Shown piece after piece: positions 13,424 through 24,290 of a DNA stretch of 39,388 bases. The translations under genes and the position numbers were made by a program. Location of the stretch: contig NC_057720.1 in assembly GCF_004010195.1 (NCBI RefSeq), forward strand, positions 10,726,652-10,766,039, given 5' to 3'. The notes under the pieces were generated by a model that saw only the letters and a program-made list of their open reading frames with translations, did no database searches and was not told where the DNA came from. Every line of letters starts with the position of its first letter. Within the stretch, counting starts at the first letter, position 1. Source of the DNA: Chiloscyllium plagiosum. Lineage: Eukaryota.

Positions 13424-13697
13424 GATTAGATTAGATTCCCTACGGTGTGGAAACAGGCCCTTTGGCCCAACCAGTCCACACTGACCCTCCGAAGAGTAAC
13501 CCACCCAGACCCATTTCCCTCTGACTAATGCACCTAACACTATGGGCAATTTAGCATGGCCAATTCACCTGAACTGCACATCTTTGGACTGCAGGAAGAC
13601 ATGGGGAGAATGTGCAAACTCCACATAGACAGTCACTCGAGGCTGGACTCGAACCTGAGACCCTGAGGCAGCAGTGCTAACCACTGAGCCACTGTGC
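13424..13697 (-). mobile_element. HE1-type V-SINE
   Basis: Starts (GATTA)n, reverse V-domain with internal deletion, ends CTAACCACTGAGCCAC. Confidence 0.88.
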
Positions 13698-13734
13698 GAC
13701 CTAAAAATTGTAAGAAGTCGTCCTTGTTCCTATG

Positions 13735-13866
13735 TCCTATCTACTGAAGGCAAGCATGGCATATGCCTTGTTCACCATCCTGTTTACTTGCACTAACACC
13801 TTCTGGACATCTATGAACTTGTACACCAAGGAGCCTTTGTTGTTCACTATAGCCTAAGGACCTATA
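13735..13866 (-). mobile_element. CR1 LINE fragment
   Basis: Minus translation 'RSLGYSEQQRLLGVQVH' matches CR1 'EQRDLGVQVH'. Confidence 0.6.
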
Positions 13867-14431
13867 CTGAGACTGTCTGTGTGATGCCACAAGATTCACA
13901 CCCAATTTAAAGCCTCTTAGTTCCCAAAGTAGGATCAAAGAACACTTTGCAACGGAGAGAAAAGTGATGATGAGGATAGATTGTTTTTGAGTAGACAGGG
14001 ATTGATTAATGGGTAAACAGGGATCACAACACTGAGTTACATAAGGCCAGAAGTCAAGTCATGATGGCACAAGGAGTTGGCTTGGTGCATCAAGACCATT
14101 TCCCTGGAGAGTAATTCAATCATTTCCCAGTTCCATCCTTGTACAGCTGTAGACTTATCTCCCTCAAACAGCTGAGCAATTTCCCTGTGAATGTATTCAG
14201 CTCCCAGCACCTTCAAAGGCAGATTTGCTTTTGCAGATAGCTGGCATGGACATGATGGGCTGAAATGCCTTCTTCTGCACTGCAACCGTTCCACCTGTCT
14301 GCTCCATTTGCTCCAGCCGCCTATATCCTCCTGAACTCTGTCACCAGCCTCCTCACTTCAAAGGCTGTGTTGGCAGTACCTATTCCCTGGCATCCAGTTT
14401 AGTGGAATCACTTCCCCTGATCACACAAGAT

Positions 14432-14701
14432 GTGGGAACTGTGGCAGTAATTTGTTTATTAATTCTTTCACAGGACAGTACAGTGGCTCACAGCATCAGG
14501 GACCTGGGTTCGATCCCAGCCTGGTGGCACGGTGGCACAGTGGTTAGCACTGCCGCCTCACAGCGCCAGAGACCCGGGTTCAATACCCGCCTCAGGCGAC
14601 TGACTGTGGTGGGAACTGTGGCAGTAATTTGTTTATTAATTCTTTCACGGGACAGTACAGTGGCTCACAGCATCAGGGACCTGGGTTCGATCCCAGCCTG
14701 G
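14432..14701 (+). repeat. 93-bp direct duplication flanking an 84-bp HE1 SINE head
   Basis: 14432-14524 equals 14609-14701 with one mismatch; 14525-14608 is the 5' tRNA-like part of a young HE1 SINE. Confidence 0.9.
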
Positions 14702-14842
14702 GGCAACTGTGGGGAGTTGCACATGTTCTCCCATGTCTGCTTGGGTCAGGTGCTCTGGTTTCCTTGCACAGTCCAAACATGTGCAGGTACTTACAGAGAC
14801 AGGATGAGATGCTCTTCTTTCTACACTGCATGATTCCTCAAG

Positions 14843-15428
14843 ATGGCTAGGCCAGCATTTGTTGCAGCTCCTTAATTGCCCAAAGGGCAGTTAAGAGTCA
14901 ACCACATTGCTGTGGGTCTGGAGTCACATGTAGGCCAGACCAGAGGCTGGCAGTTTCCTTCCCGAAAGGATGTTAGTGAATCACACAGATTTGTCTGACA
15001 ATCGACAATGGCTTCCATCAGGCAGAAGATACAGAACACACACACACACTAACAGGTTCATGAACAGCTTCTTCCCTGTTGTTATTAGCCTGCTAAATGG
15101 ACCTCGCTAACTCCAAATCATGTTGATCTTGTTAATGTGGATCTTGTTTTGCACACCTGCTGTGCAACTGTAACCGTACATGCTTCACTCAGTTTCAACA
15201 CCCTATGATCTGTATGTCCTTGTCTGTTATGATCTGCCTGTACTGCTCAAAAAACAATATTTTTCACTGTACTTCGGTACATAAGTTAACAATAAATCAA
15301 ATCAAAGATTTATGGTCATCATTAGATTCTTAATTCCAAGTTTTTATTGAATTCAAATTCCACCCTCTGGCATGGTGGGATTTGAACCCAGGTCCCAGAA
15401 CAGTAGCTGGGGCTCTGGATTAACAGTC
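14843..15428 (-). mobile_element. tRNA-headed SINE (second family) split by a Rex1 3' fragment
   Basis: Reverse of B box GGTTCAAATCCC at about 15377-15389; body CCACATTGCTGTGGGTCTGGAGTCACATGTAGGCCAGACC shared with 28935-28980. Confidence 0.7.
15016..15306 (+). mobile_element. Rex1/Babar LINE 3' end
   Basis: Encodes 'PSGRRYR...NRFMNSFFPVVI' (homologous to the reverse of 7700-7780); ends AATAAATCAAATCAAA. Confidence 0.75.
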
Positions 15429-16283
15429 ATTCCCTTCTCCTTGAGGCATAAAAGACAAATTGGGAGTAGCACAGTGCCCACAAAGACTGACTCAGGAGCA
15501 AAAGCAGTAAATGTGGGTGACATTGATGCCCAGTGGTAGGACTGGGACACTGCAGGTGTAACAGAGAATGTCAAGACAAAGAGTTCAGAAAAACAGGATT
15601 CAGGGAAAGAGGTACTTCCAGATTAAACTGAAGGGCAGATAGATGGTGATCAATAATGATAATCAGTGGAATAATGCAAAAGGAAAAGTAGAAAGTGAAA
15701 TATCATAAATGAAGATATAGGGATATGGTTACATATTTTCTACATCAAATTGCTTTATAGTTGCACTTAATTTAGACTAAAACCGTAAGACATAGGAGCA
15801 AAAGTGGCCATTCAGCCCATCGAGGCTGCTCTGCACCCAATGAGGCCTCTGCAGTTGGGGATTTGTGGCGGTGGAGCAGTTTTTCAGCAAGAGCAAGACG
15901 ATATTTTCCACCCTCTTCCTAAGGCCTGGTCTCCTTAGCGTGTACTGAGTGCCTTTACACAGCAATCCCCTTGTTATCTTTGATACGGCCTTCTGCACTA
16001 CGTGATCAATTTTAAATAAAGACAGGTGAGCCAACAGTGTTTGCTTGTCGCACTGCTTGAGTGGTGAGTTCCACCCTGGGATTAATACCAGTGACAGCAG
16101 TGTGAGACACTGAAACAAGCCCTCATCACCAAGATAAGGGGTTTTAATGATGGCGGGGCTCCACAGGCATGTCTTCCATCCATAGACATTCCTACCATCA
16201 ACTTTAAGATGGAGGAAAGTGGGCAGTGGGTCTCAGTCACTCTCCCATTGGATTAAATGGCCCCACTCCCATCACCAAAGATG

Positions 16284-16930
16284 TGTGATGATGCTGCTCC
16301 TTTAATAAGGTTATGCTGCCCTTGGCTTTTTTATTTGGAGAGGTCATAAAAGCAGCGATTCTGGAAAGTCGAGGTTCAAAGGTTTTTAGAGCTAGTTTGA
16401 TTATAGCTAACAGATACTGCCTCAGGCAAAAGGCTTTCAGGTTTTAAAAAACCCACTTGTACAATGAAAGGGGAGTGGCCAGTTCTCCCAGCTCAGCTTT
16501 TCTCAGGGTTGGTTTCGTTGTTTAGCAGTCTGGCTGTTCATTGAAAGCAGGCAGTTAGTTTGCGGCCGCGTGGAAGGTGTTCCATGCTACCATCTCTCTC
16601 TCTGTCTTTTAAGACCCTGTGCTTGATTTTACCTTTTGTGTCAAGGGGTGTTTATGGGGATTGTTACAGGAAGTTGGAACAGCATCATTAAGTTAGGATA
16701 ATCTGGTGGGTTTTCGGATAGGTTAAGTTATTCTACTTTCTATTCACTTGCGTTTGTGTTTAATTTGGTTATAGTGCAAATAAATTCTGTTTTGTTTAAA
16801 ACTCAGTGGTTGTGCCAGCTGCATCACTACTTGAATATTCACACTTACACCTACTTATAACAACTAGCAAAGTTAGGATCCAGGCTACTTTCTTGAAATG
16901 TTTTGAAGGGGTCTGGCCTGGTCCACAACT
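16284..16930 (+). mobile_element. Solo LTR (Gmr1/Gypsy type)
   Basis: Starts TGTGATGATG like the LTR at 20227; shares blocks GTGGCCAGTTCTC and CAAGGGGTGT..TATGGG; ends GTCCACAACT (cf. GCCCATAACA); flanks GATG / GACA. Confidence 0.75.
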
Positions 16931-17945
16931 GACAAGGGAATGCATTAAATTCCACCCTATGAGTCACTTACTGTTCAGAGATAGTCTCACAGGAGCAACA
17001 CCTGCCCAATTCTAAGGGTTCAGAGGCCATTCAGCATCCATTGCTCGTGTGCGAATTTGTGACTGAGACCTTCAGATTCACAGCCCCGTCTCTGACATCG
17101 CTTATCCATGGTGTAGGGAAGAAGACTGTCATGTTGTCTTCTAATGCTGGGACACAAACAGTGAATAAGCGAATGGTTCTATAAAGGTGAATGTTGATAC
17201 TTCATTAAATTCCATACAATCTGATGATGCCTTGCAGTTCTGATTGGGGTAAAGCAGAACTTTCTCGGATCACATGGAGTGAAAGCTACATTCACAAGTT
17301 TTCTCTTGCCTTCTCAGAGTGAGTAGGATGGTGGATTGGTGGTGAGCACTGCTACCTCACAGCACCAAGGGACCGGGGTTCAGTTCAAGCTTTGGGCAAA
17401 TGTCTGTGTGAAGTTTATGCAACACAGCTCAAAGGATTATAGAGGAGTTGCTCAAATCTTCCACGAGGTAAAGACGACCTACAGAGATGCAATCTGATCA
17501 AGGGTCAAATATTACATCAAAATTATTCAAGGAACTTATGGATAGCTGGGAGTAGAACAATTCAAATCCACTGCATACCATCCAGAATTGCAGGGAGCAT
17601 TAGAACGGTGGCACATCAAACTTTAAAGACCATGCTGAGGGCTTATAGTCAAGACTATCCAGAGGATTGGGATATAGGAATTCCATTTGTACTTTTTTTG
17701 CTATTCGGAATACACCAAATGAATCTTGAATTAGTTTTTGTGCATGAAGTGAGAGGATCACTAAAATTAATTAAGGAAAAATTGGTGAGTCAGAGTTCAG
17801 AGACCATACATTTGGATGATGTGTCAACTTTTCAGGATAGATTAAACAGATAGGTGAGTTGGCGAGATCACATTTAAGAGTAGCACAATATGTGATGAAA
17901 CTGGGAGCTGTTGAGAAATCAAAAATTTGGGAAATCAATAAAAGC

Positions 17946-18251
17946 AGGCAGTGACTCAGTGGTTAGCACTGCTGCCTTACAGCACCAGGGTCCCAGGGTC
18001 GATTCCAACCTTGGGCAATTGTCTGTGTGGAGTTTGCACGTTCTCCCTGTGTCTGCGTGGGTTTCCTCCGGGTGCTCCGGTTTCCTCCCACAGTCCAAAG
18101 ATGTGCAGGTTAGGTGAATTGGCCATGCTAAATTGCTCATGGTGTTAGGTGCATTAATCAGAGGGAAGTGGGACTGGGTGGGTTACTCTTCAGAGGGTCG
18201 GTGTGGAACTTGTTGGGCCAAAGGGCCTGTTTCCACACTGTAGGTAATCTA
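17946..18251 (+). mobile_element. HE1-type V-SINE inserted in the Gmr1 integrase region
   Basis: CTCAGTGGTTAGCACTGCTGCC head, V-domain, tail ending GTAATCT. Confidence 0.9.
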
Positions 18252-19065
18252 AAAAAATAAATTATTTTCGTGGAGATAAAATATTAGTGTTACTTCCCAG
18301 TGGTAAGTGAACCTTTAAAGCAAGATTTAATGGGTCTTATCAAATCGTAAGGAGATTGAGTGAGGTGACCTATTTAATAAAAATACCAGAAAGAAAGAAA
18401 TCTCACAAAGTGTGTCATGTGAATATGTTCAAAAGTTATTTTGATTGGGAAGGAAAGCAAAATGAGAATGTGGTACTGTTTACAACATGAATTGTGAGAA
18501 CTAAGTTCAGATGCTTCTGAATTGGACATTCCTCAGATTAAATTGGACAAAGGAAGTTCTCAAAAATTTGGATAAATAACTAAGTTACCTTCGAGAGGAA
18601 AATTGAAATGACTTGAAAGAGTTATTACAATTACATGGTGAGGTATGTGGGAAAATGTTGGGAAATACTAATCTATATATGCATGATGTAGAGATGGAAA
18701 ATGCTATTCCAATTAAGCAACATCCTTATTGACTTAATCATCAAAGGTTGGTACAAATTCAAGAAAGGTTTGAGCACTAGCTTGATACAATATAATCAAA
18801 GTGCACTACAGTAACTTGAGTTCACCCACAGTAATCGTTCCCAGATGGTTCCCAATGATTATGTGTAGACTATCACAAGGTTAATGCAGTTGCAAAGTCT
18901 GATTCATATCTGATTCCACATTTGGAAGACTATATGAAGAAGAAGGGACAAGCAACTTACACATCTAACTTGGCCTTAGTCAGAGTATACCAGCAAGTAC
19001 TTTTATCTGCAAGAGCAGAGACATTTTCAGCTTTCATGACACTGAATGGACTATACCAATTTAAC

Positions 19066-19175
19066 GGAGAAAGTGAGGACTGCAGATGCTGGCGATCAGA
19101 GCCCGAAACGCCGATTCTCCTGCTCCTTGGATGCTGCCTGACCTGCTGCGCTTTTCCAGCAACACATTTTCAGCT
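19066..19175. mobile_element. Short Penelope-derived insertion (inverted terminus plus forward piece) in the Gmr1 RT
   Basis: Perfect 15-bp TSD CTATACCAATTTAAC at 19051-19065 and 19176-19190. Confidence 0.85.
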
Positions 19176-20226
19176 CTATACCAATTTAACATCATGCCAT
19201 TTGGTAGGAAAAATGTATAGCAACATTTCAGAGACTAAACAGGATTGCCTAATTGTGTATTATCCATCGATGATCTGGTGATTTTATAGTTACACATGAA
19301 AGGAACATTTGCAACATCTAGCAGAATTGTTCGATTGACTTCGGGAAGCAGGCTTGATGATAAACCTGGTGAAGACTGAGATCACAGAAGCCCAAGTCAC
19401 ATTCCTGGGCCATGTTATTGGACATGGACAGGTGATCTCACAGGATGTGAAAACAAAGTTTATGGGGGAGTTGCCCATTCTATTAATGAAGAGGGCAGTA
19501 CTTCGGTGCCTGACATTGAATGGATTTTATCAGATGTTTGCACCACATTTTAGCAGTATGGTTATTGACTTACAGACTGACATAGTGAAGAAATGCAGAA
19601 ATTTCAATGGACAGCACACTGTCAGAAGGCATTTGACAAATCATTGACCACTGCCCCAGTGCCAGCAACAATTAACTACACAAAGCCATTCAAGATGGCA
19701 GTCGATGTGAGTGATGTGGGTGTCAGTGCTGGATTCTTATAAAATGATGTTGAGATGACAGAAAGACTTACTGGGTATTTTTCCAGAAAATTGGATAGTC
19801 ATCAACGGAATTATTTTATGATTGAGAAGGAAATTTTGAACTTGGTTTTAGCATTACAAAATTTCAACATTTAGATTGCTAGTAATGCATCTGAGATATT
19901 TGTATGAACTGATTTCAACCCCTTAAAGTTTAAGGAGAAATTTAAGGACAAAAATTCTAGACTGTTTAGATAGAGTTTATTATTGCAACCACTCAATTTG
20001 AAAAATATGCACTTGGTAGGTTGAGAGAACATAACTGATAACACGTTGTTGTTCCTTTGATGAATAGAGGTGGAGGCATTCGGTGACAGGAATGAACGAA
20101 CTGAAATGGACATGTGAATATTCAACATAATGTACATGTATTGTAGTGCACTAACAGAGTAAGACTGAGGGTTTTTAAAAATAAAGCCATCTTTGTATAT
20201 TGATGTTTTTTTTTAAAGGGGAGAGG

Positions 20227-20863
20227 TGTGATGATGTTGTGGCTTTAAGAGATATATTTTGTCCTGGTTCGTTTTTAAACAAGGGATTGAATGAGAGGTA
20301 TCGAGCAGTTTGTGGTAATGTAAACAGCTTATGAGGCCTTGGATTTTTTTTTTAAACATTGAAACAATAGCCTGGATGGGTGTGGCCAGTTCTCACAGAC
20401 TAGGATTTCTGGTTCTTTTTTTTTTAGCTCTAAGATTAGTCAGCAGTTGCTGCTGGAGCCTCAACAGGTTGGAAGCTGCAGTAAATGTCTCTCTGAGTTT
20501 CCTCTTGATGTTTTTCCTTCTGGGTTGCTGGCGTTACCTGTGAAACAAATCAAATTTTTGAATTTTTTGCCAAGGGGTGTGTTTATGGGATGTAACTACA
20601 CTGGAACAGTTCATTAGTCATAGTTACTGTACCTATTATTTTGTTAAGTTTTCCAGAAGAGTTAAGTTATTGTAAATTTTTTTTATCATTATATTTTAAC
20701 TGCAGTGTTTGAATAAGTCGTATTTTGCTTAACACCAAGTAGTTTGATCAGTCAAATTGCATCTGGAACACGGCACCTCACATTTACCTTTGAAATATTA
20801 AAAAATTAGGGTCGTGGCTATCATCTTAATATATTTTGAGCGGGTCTAATCGGGCCCATAACA
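20227..20863 (+). repeat. 3' LTR of the Gmr1-like element
   Basis: TG...CA termini (TGTGATG...CATAACA) directly after a polypurine tract. Confidence 0.85.
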
Positions 20864-20870
20864 AAATGAC

Positions 20871-21371
20871 TGTGAGAAATAGAAAAGTATGTTGTTTTTG
20901 CAGAAAACTAATAATGCCAGCAAGCTAAGTATTGCAATAATTAAAGCTCAATTATTAAGCTACTAGACAGATAAGAGGAATGATAAGCCCAGGCATAGAG
21001 ACACTGCAAGGAGATGGTAAGGGTAACGACCCCTTGTCCCATGGGAAAAGAGGAATAATACGAGACCACAAACGTAACATGTGATAGGGGTTTTTGCAAG
21101 ATGGTCAAAGGAGTATGTCGTATACACAAGAAAATAGAAGTAGAGTTTAATTTAGATAAAGGGGATGTCACATAGCGATAGGTAAGAGATGGTTGGATAA
21201 TACGGGGGTGGGAGAGGTGACCTCATGCAGCTCAAAGGTATAATTGTACATGTATCCAAACGCTCTTTGCTTATTCGCTTAAGAAGCCCTTTCTTGTAAG
21301 ATCGTAAATAAATTGTCTTGTTTCCAGATTTTTGGTGGTCTCAGTTAATTTTCATATTTTTGTTTCTAACA
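20871..21371 (+). repeat. ERV 5' LTR (501 bp)
   Basis: TGTGAG...CTAACA; TATA-like TATAA at ~21239, AATAAA at ~21307; 20968-21371 matches 27720-28148 with roughly 15 substitutions and 3 indels (manual count). Confidence 0.95.
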
Positions 21372-21375
21372 GATT

Positions 21376-21393
21376 TAGGGGCTCGTCCAGGAT
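21376..21393 (+). promoter_or_regulatory. Primer-binding site, tRNA-Pro
   Basis: TAGGGGCTCGTCCAGGAT matches 16/18 of the MLV-type Pro PBS TGGGGGCTCGTCCGGGAT, 4 nt after the LTR. Confidence 0.92.
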
Positions 21394-21877
21394 CCCAAGC
21401 TCCGGTCGATCGGCATTCTTGGAGGGACAGAGAAGGTACACCTCACCGATTTCAGTGATCTCTGGTTTCCCCTTGTTGTCGCGGAGGCTTTGGACGAGCG
21501 TGATCTGGACGGAGAGACCCTGGAAACAAGACGAGAAGGGAGACGCGGCTGGTTCGGTTGGGCAAGTATTGTGCACAAGACCCGGGTCTTGTAAAGGTCT
21601 TAAGGTCTGAAAAAAAGATGTATCCAGGCGACTAGGGGTTTCCAGTGACCTTTGAGGCTGAAGGTTTTGCAATGACCTTTGAGAGCTGCAGGTATTGCCG
21701 CGCAGGTTTCCAGTGACCTTTAAGGCTGAGGTTAGGAGCCGGCACAATCAGGTAACTCTGTGCACAGACCAAGGTAAGAAAAAGGACCTTTAAGTATAGC
21801 CTTGGTGGTCAGGACGACCTTAAGTGGTCGGGGTTGCACGGAAAGTGCGGGGAATTGGCAAAGTAAAATTAAGAGTG

Positions 21878-22187
21878 TAGATTAGATTACTTACAGTGTG
21901 GAAACAGGCCCTTCGGCCCAACAAGTCCACACCTCCCCGCCAAAGCGCAACCCACCCATACCCTTACATGTACCCCTTACCTAACACTACGGGCAATTTA
22001 GCATGGCCAATTCACCTGACCTGCACATCTTTGGACTTTGGGAGGAAACCAGAGCACCCGGAGAAACCCACGCAGACACGGGGAGAACGTGCAAACTCCA
22101 CACAGTCGGTCACCTGAGGCGGGAATTGAACCCGGGTCTCTGGCGCTGTGAGGCAGCAGTGCTAACCACTGTGCCACCGTGCCGCCC
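21878..22187 (-). mobile_element. HE1-type V-SINE inserted in the ERV leader
   Basis: Full reverse copy from (TAGAT)n tail to GTGCCGCCC head. Confidence 0.93.
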
Positions 22188-22355
22188 ACTATATATGTAT
22201 AGTGTATAATTGGTCAAGTTGATCGGATGAATAAGGTGTCTACCCCCTGATTCGGACACCCAGCCTTAGACCGGTTGTTAAGAGGGGAAATCCCTCATGC
22301 AAAGGTCAGGACCCTGAAGTGGGTGTGGAAGAAGGTCAATTTTAAATTAGTAGAA

Positions 22356-23237
22356 ATGGGAGGCAAAGGAAGTTGCCTGACTAAGGATCAATCAGTAAAC
22401 AGTGCTAAACTCGAGTATATACCACCAGACACTCCCTTGGGGGGAATCTCGATAAATTGGGAAAATAATCCCCGGACGCGGGGAAAAGATAGAACTGTGA
22501 TGATAAATTATTGTTGTTTTGTTTGGACCCGTGAAAGTACAGAGTCACCAAATGTATTCTGGCCCAAATATGGATCCGATGCAGATTGGCTGTGTCAAGA
22601 CTTAAATATATATGTTAATAGAAAACAAAATCAAGGTCAGGGAGAGTTTGATTATGCGGCCTGTTGGGTGGGAAGTTCAGAAATCTTTGGCCTGGGAACA
22701 AAACAGGAGGAAGTAACTGAAAAAGATCCTAAACCCTCTAGTTGGGATCTGTTGTCCAATTTACCACCCCTGTCCAGTGAGCCACTATTATCAAATTTAT
22801 ACTCCATGCCTCCTCCTCCTCCTTATCCTAATAACGCCGGCGGGTCGACCAAACCCACAGCACCTCCCCCTGAGGAAAATAAGGAGGGTTCTGAAGTGAG
22901 TTTGAAGCAAATGAGGTCAATGGTAAAACAAAAAGAAAAAGATACCGACAAGACTACCACTCAAGTATATCCCTTAAGGGAAGTCCCTATAGGTGACGAT
23001 GCAATTGGATATATTAATGCACCACTAGCTAGTAGTGAAGTTAGGATCTCTAAGAAAGAAATGAAAAGTTTAATAGAGGATCCGGTGGGACTGGCTGAGC
23101 AGTTAGATCAATTTCTAGAACCTACTTTATATACATGGGGGGATCTGATGACAATCTTAGGAACGTTATCCTCAGGAAAGGAGAGAGGTATGATTAGGCG
23201 GGGACTCTTAAAAGTCCGGTTTATAACCAAATCATAG
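22356..23237 (+). CDS. gag: Retroviral Gag (MA, late-domain region, N-terminal CA; internally deleted), 293-aa open frame
   Basis: MG start, IPPDTPLG, YCCFVW, WPKYGS, PPPPPY and PTAPP late motifs, YPLREVP, EDPVGLAEQLDQFL; joins the CA end 'FITKS*PDIQKKLQKLEGW'. Confidence 0.85.
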   Translation: MGGKGSCLTKDQSVNSAKLEYIPPDTPLGGISINWENNPRTRGKDRTVMINYCCFVWTRESTESPNVFWPKYGSDADWLCQDLNIYVNRKQNQGQGEFDYAACWVGSSEIFGLGTKQEEVTEKDPKPSSWDLLSNLPPLSSEPLLSNLYSMPPPPPYPNNAGGSTKPTAPPPEENKEGSEVSLKQMRSMVKQKEKDTDKTTTQVYPLREVPIGDDAIGYINAPLASSEVRISKKEMKSLIEDPVGLAEQLDQFLEPTLYTWGDLMTILGTLSSGKERGMIRRGLLKVRFITKS

Positions 23238-23272
23238 CCAGATATACAAAAGAAACTACAAAAATTAGAAGG

Positions 23273-23472
23273 ATGGTGACAGACTCAAGAATTTTAAAAT
23301 ATGAAACCGTCCTTATGGAAAGGGATGACTTGGTGTTAACAACAGACACGTGTTTGAACCCAGCTACCTTCATGTGGAGGGGAGAACAAGAGCAGACTTA
23401 CAGGATATTCCTCTACATGAAGGAGCTAGGCTGTTTATAGACGGGTCGTCAAGGGTAGTACAAGGAAAGAGA
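23273..23472 (+). pseudogene. pol: pol fragment A: RT tether and start of RNase H
   Basis: TDSRILKYETVLMERDDLVLTTDTCLNPATFMWRGE, then RADLQDIPLHEGARLFIDGSSRVVQGKR. Confidence 0.88.
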
Positions 23473-23540
23473 CGTCCAGAAAAATATTCAAAAGCTAGAG
23501 GAGTCATTGCGGGAAGCTTAAAGTGTCTGTAAGATACGAT
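23471..23540 (+). pseudogene. gag: Second gag CA C-terminal fragment
   Basis: DVQKNIQKLEE.LREA*.VSVR (one frameshift) resembles 'DIxKKLQKLE...LREAQKVYVR'. Confidence 0.6.
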
Positions 23541-23543
23541 ATC

Positions 23544-23580
<37 letters not shown>

Positions 23581-23581
23581 A
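23544..23581. repeat. (TG)n(GA)n compound microsatellite inside the ERV
   Basis: Direct reading. Confidence 0.9.
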
Positions 23582-23959
23582 GCTGTACAGCTAATAAGAG
23601 CCCTTTGTGATTCAGTTTGAATGAACATTTGTTTGATGGTGATTGAATGTTTGTGCTTTGTTCCCTGAAGCTGGAGATCCGGGACTGTTTTGAATCTGAT
23701 TTCTAATATGGAAATTTTAACATGATTTCTTTTAAGGTTAAGGATTTTACAGATTATGAAATAAAATGTTAACTCGTGTTCTTTTTACAGGTCATGACTG
23801 CCTTACTATCAGTTTAACAAATCATTTTTAAGGCAGCTCTGGTTATTTCATGACCTATAGCATTGTGATAGAGCAATGACTGGTCAGGACTACTTGGGAG
23901 GACTAGTTTTGGATTTGAATTGGGGGACTGGAGCCGGACTGGTGGCGGGCAGCATATTG

Positions 23960-24290
23960 AAAATAAAGGGAGGAGAAAGGATTGGGGAGGAGATGTTAAG
24001 GGGTCTGGTAGACAGGAACAAGGATCAAAGTGGAAATCCCCACAGGCGGGATGTTATTATGGTGGAAAGAAAGGTCACTTTAAGAGAAAGTGTCCAGATC
24101 CGAAAAAGGAAGTAAAGGCAGTGCCGTTTATGAACCTTGATGAAAAGTAAGGTTGTCAGGAGTTCCTGCCCCCAGGGACCCACCAGGAACCCTTAATAAA
24201 TTTAAAGGTGGGACCTTACAAGGAGGACGTAATTTTCCCAGTCGATACGGGGGCAGCAAGGTCATCCTTGAATTTTAAGCCCAAGGGAAT
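23960..24290 (+). pseudogene. gag-pro: gag NC zinc knuckle, gag stop and N-terminal protease
   Basis: CYYGGKKGHFKRKC (CCHC with second Cys mutated), stop TAA 24148-24150, in-frame GCQEFLPPGTHQEPLINLKVG...FPVDTGAARS. Left boundary approximate. Confidence 0.88.

Larger units (their letters stand above)
17419..20863 (+). mobile_element. Gmr1-like Gypsy LTR retrotransposon, 5'-truncated, degenerate (INT-RT-RH, PPT, 3' LTR)
   Basis: INT: SDQGSN (17493-17510), AYHPELQGALERW, LKARFNGSY. RT: PIKQHPY (~18709), LCVDYHKVNA (~18859), IDDLV (19267). RH: PFKMAVDVSDVG (~19686), YFSRKL, IEKE. PPT AAAGGGGAGAGG 20215-20226. Confidence 0.88.

Noticed and set aside
16284..20863. Single full Gypsy element with paired LTRs and AGATG/AAATG TSD
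   Set aside because: LTRs are too divergent, no PBS, gag or PR follows the first LTR, and a solo-LTR TSD explanation fits better.
23789..23920. H/ACA snoRNA (hairpin followed by ATAGCA, an ANANNA box)
   Set aside because: The bulge is one-sided rather than a pseudouridylation pocket, and no clear second hairpin with an ACA box follows.
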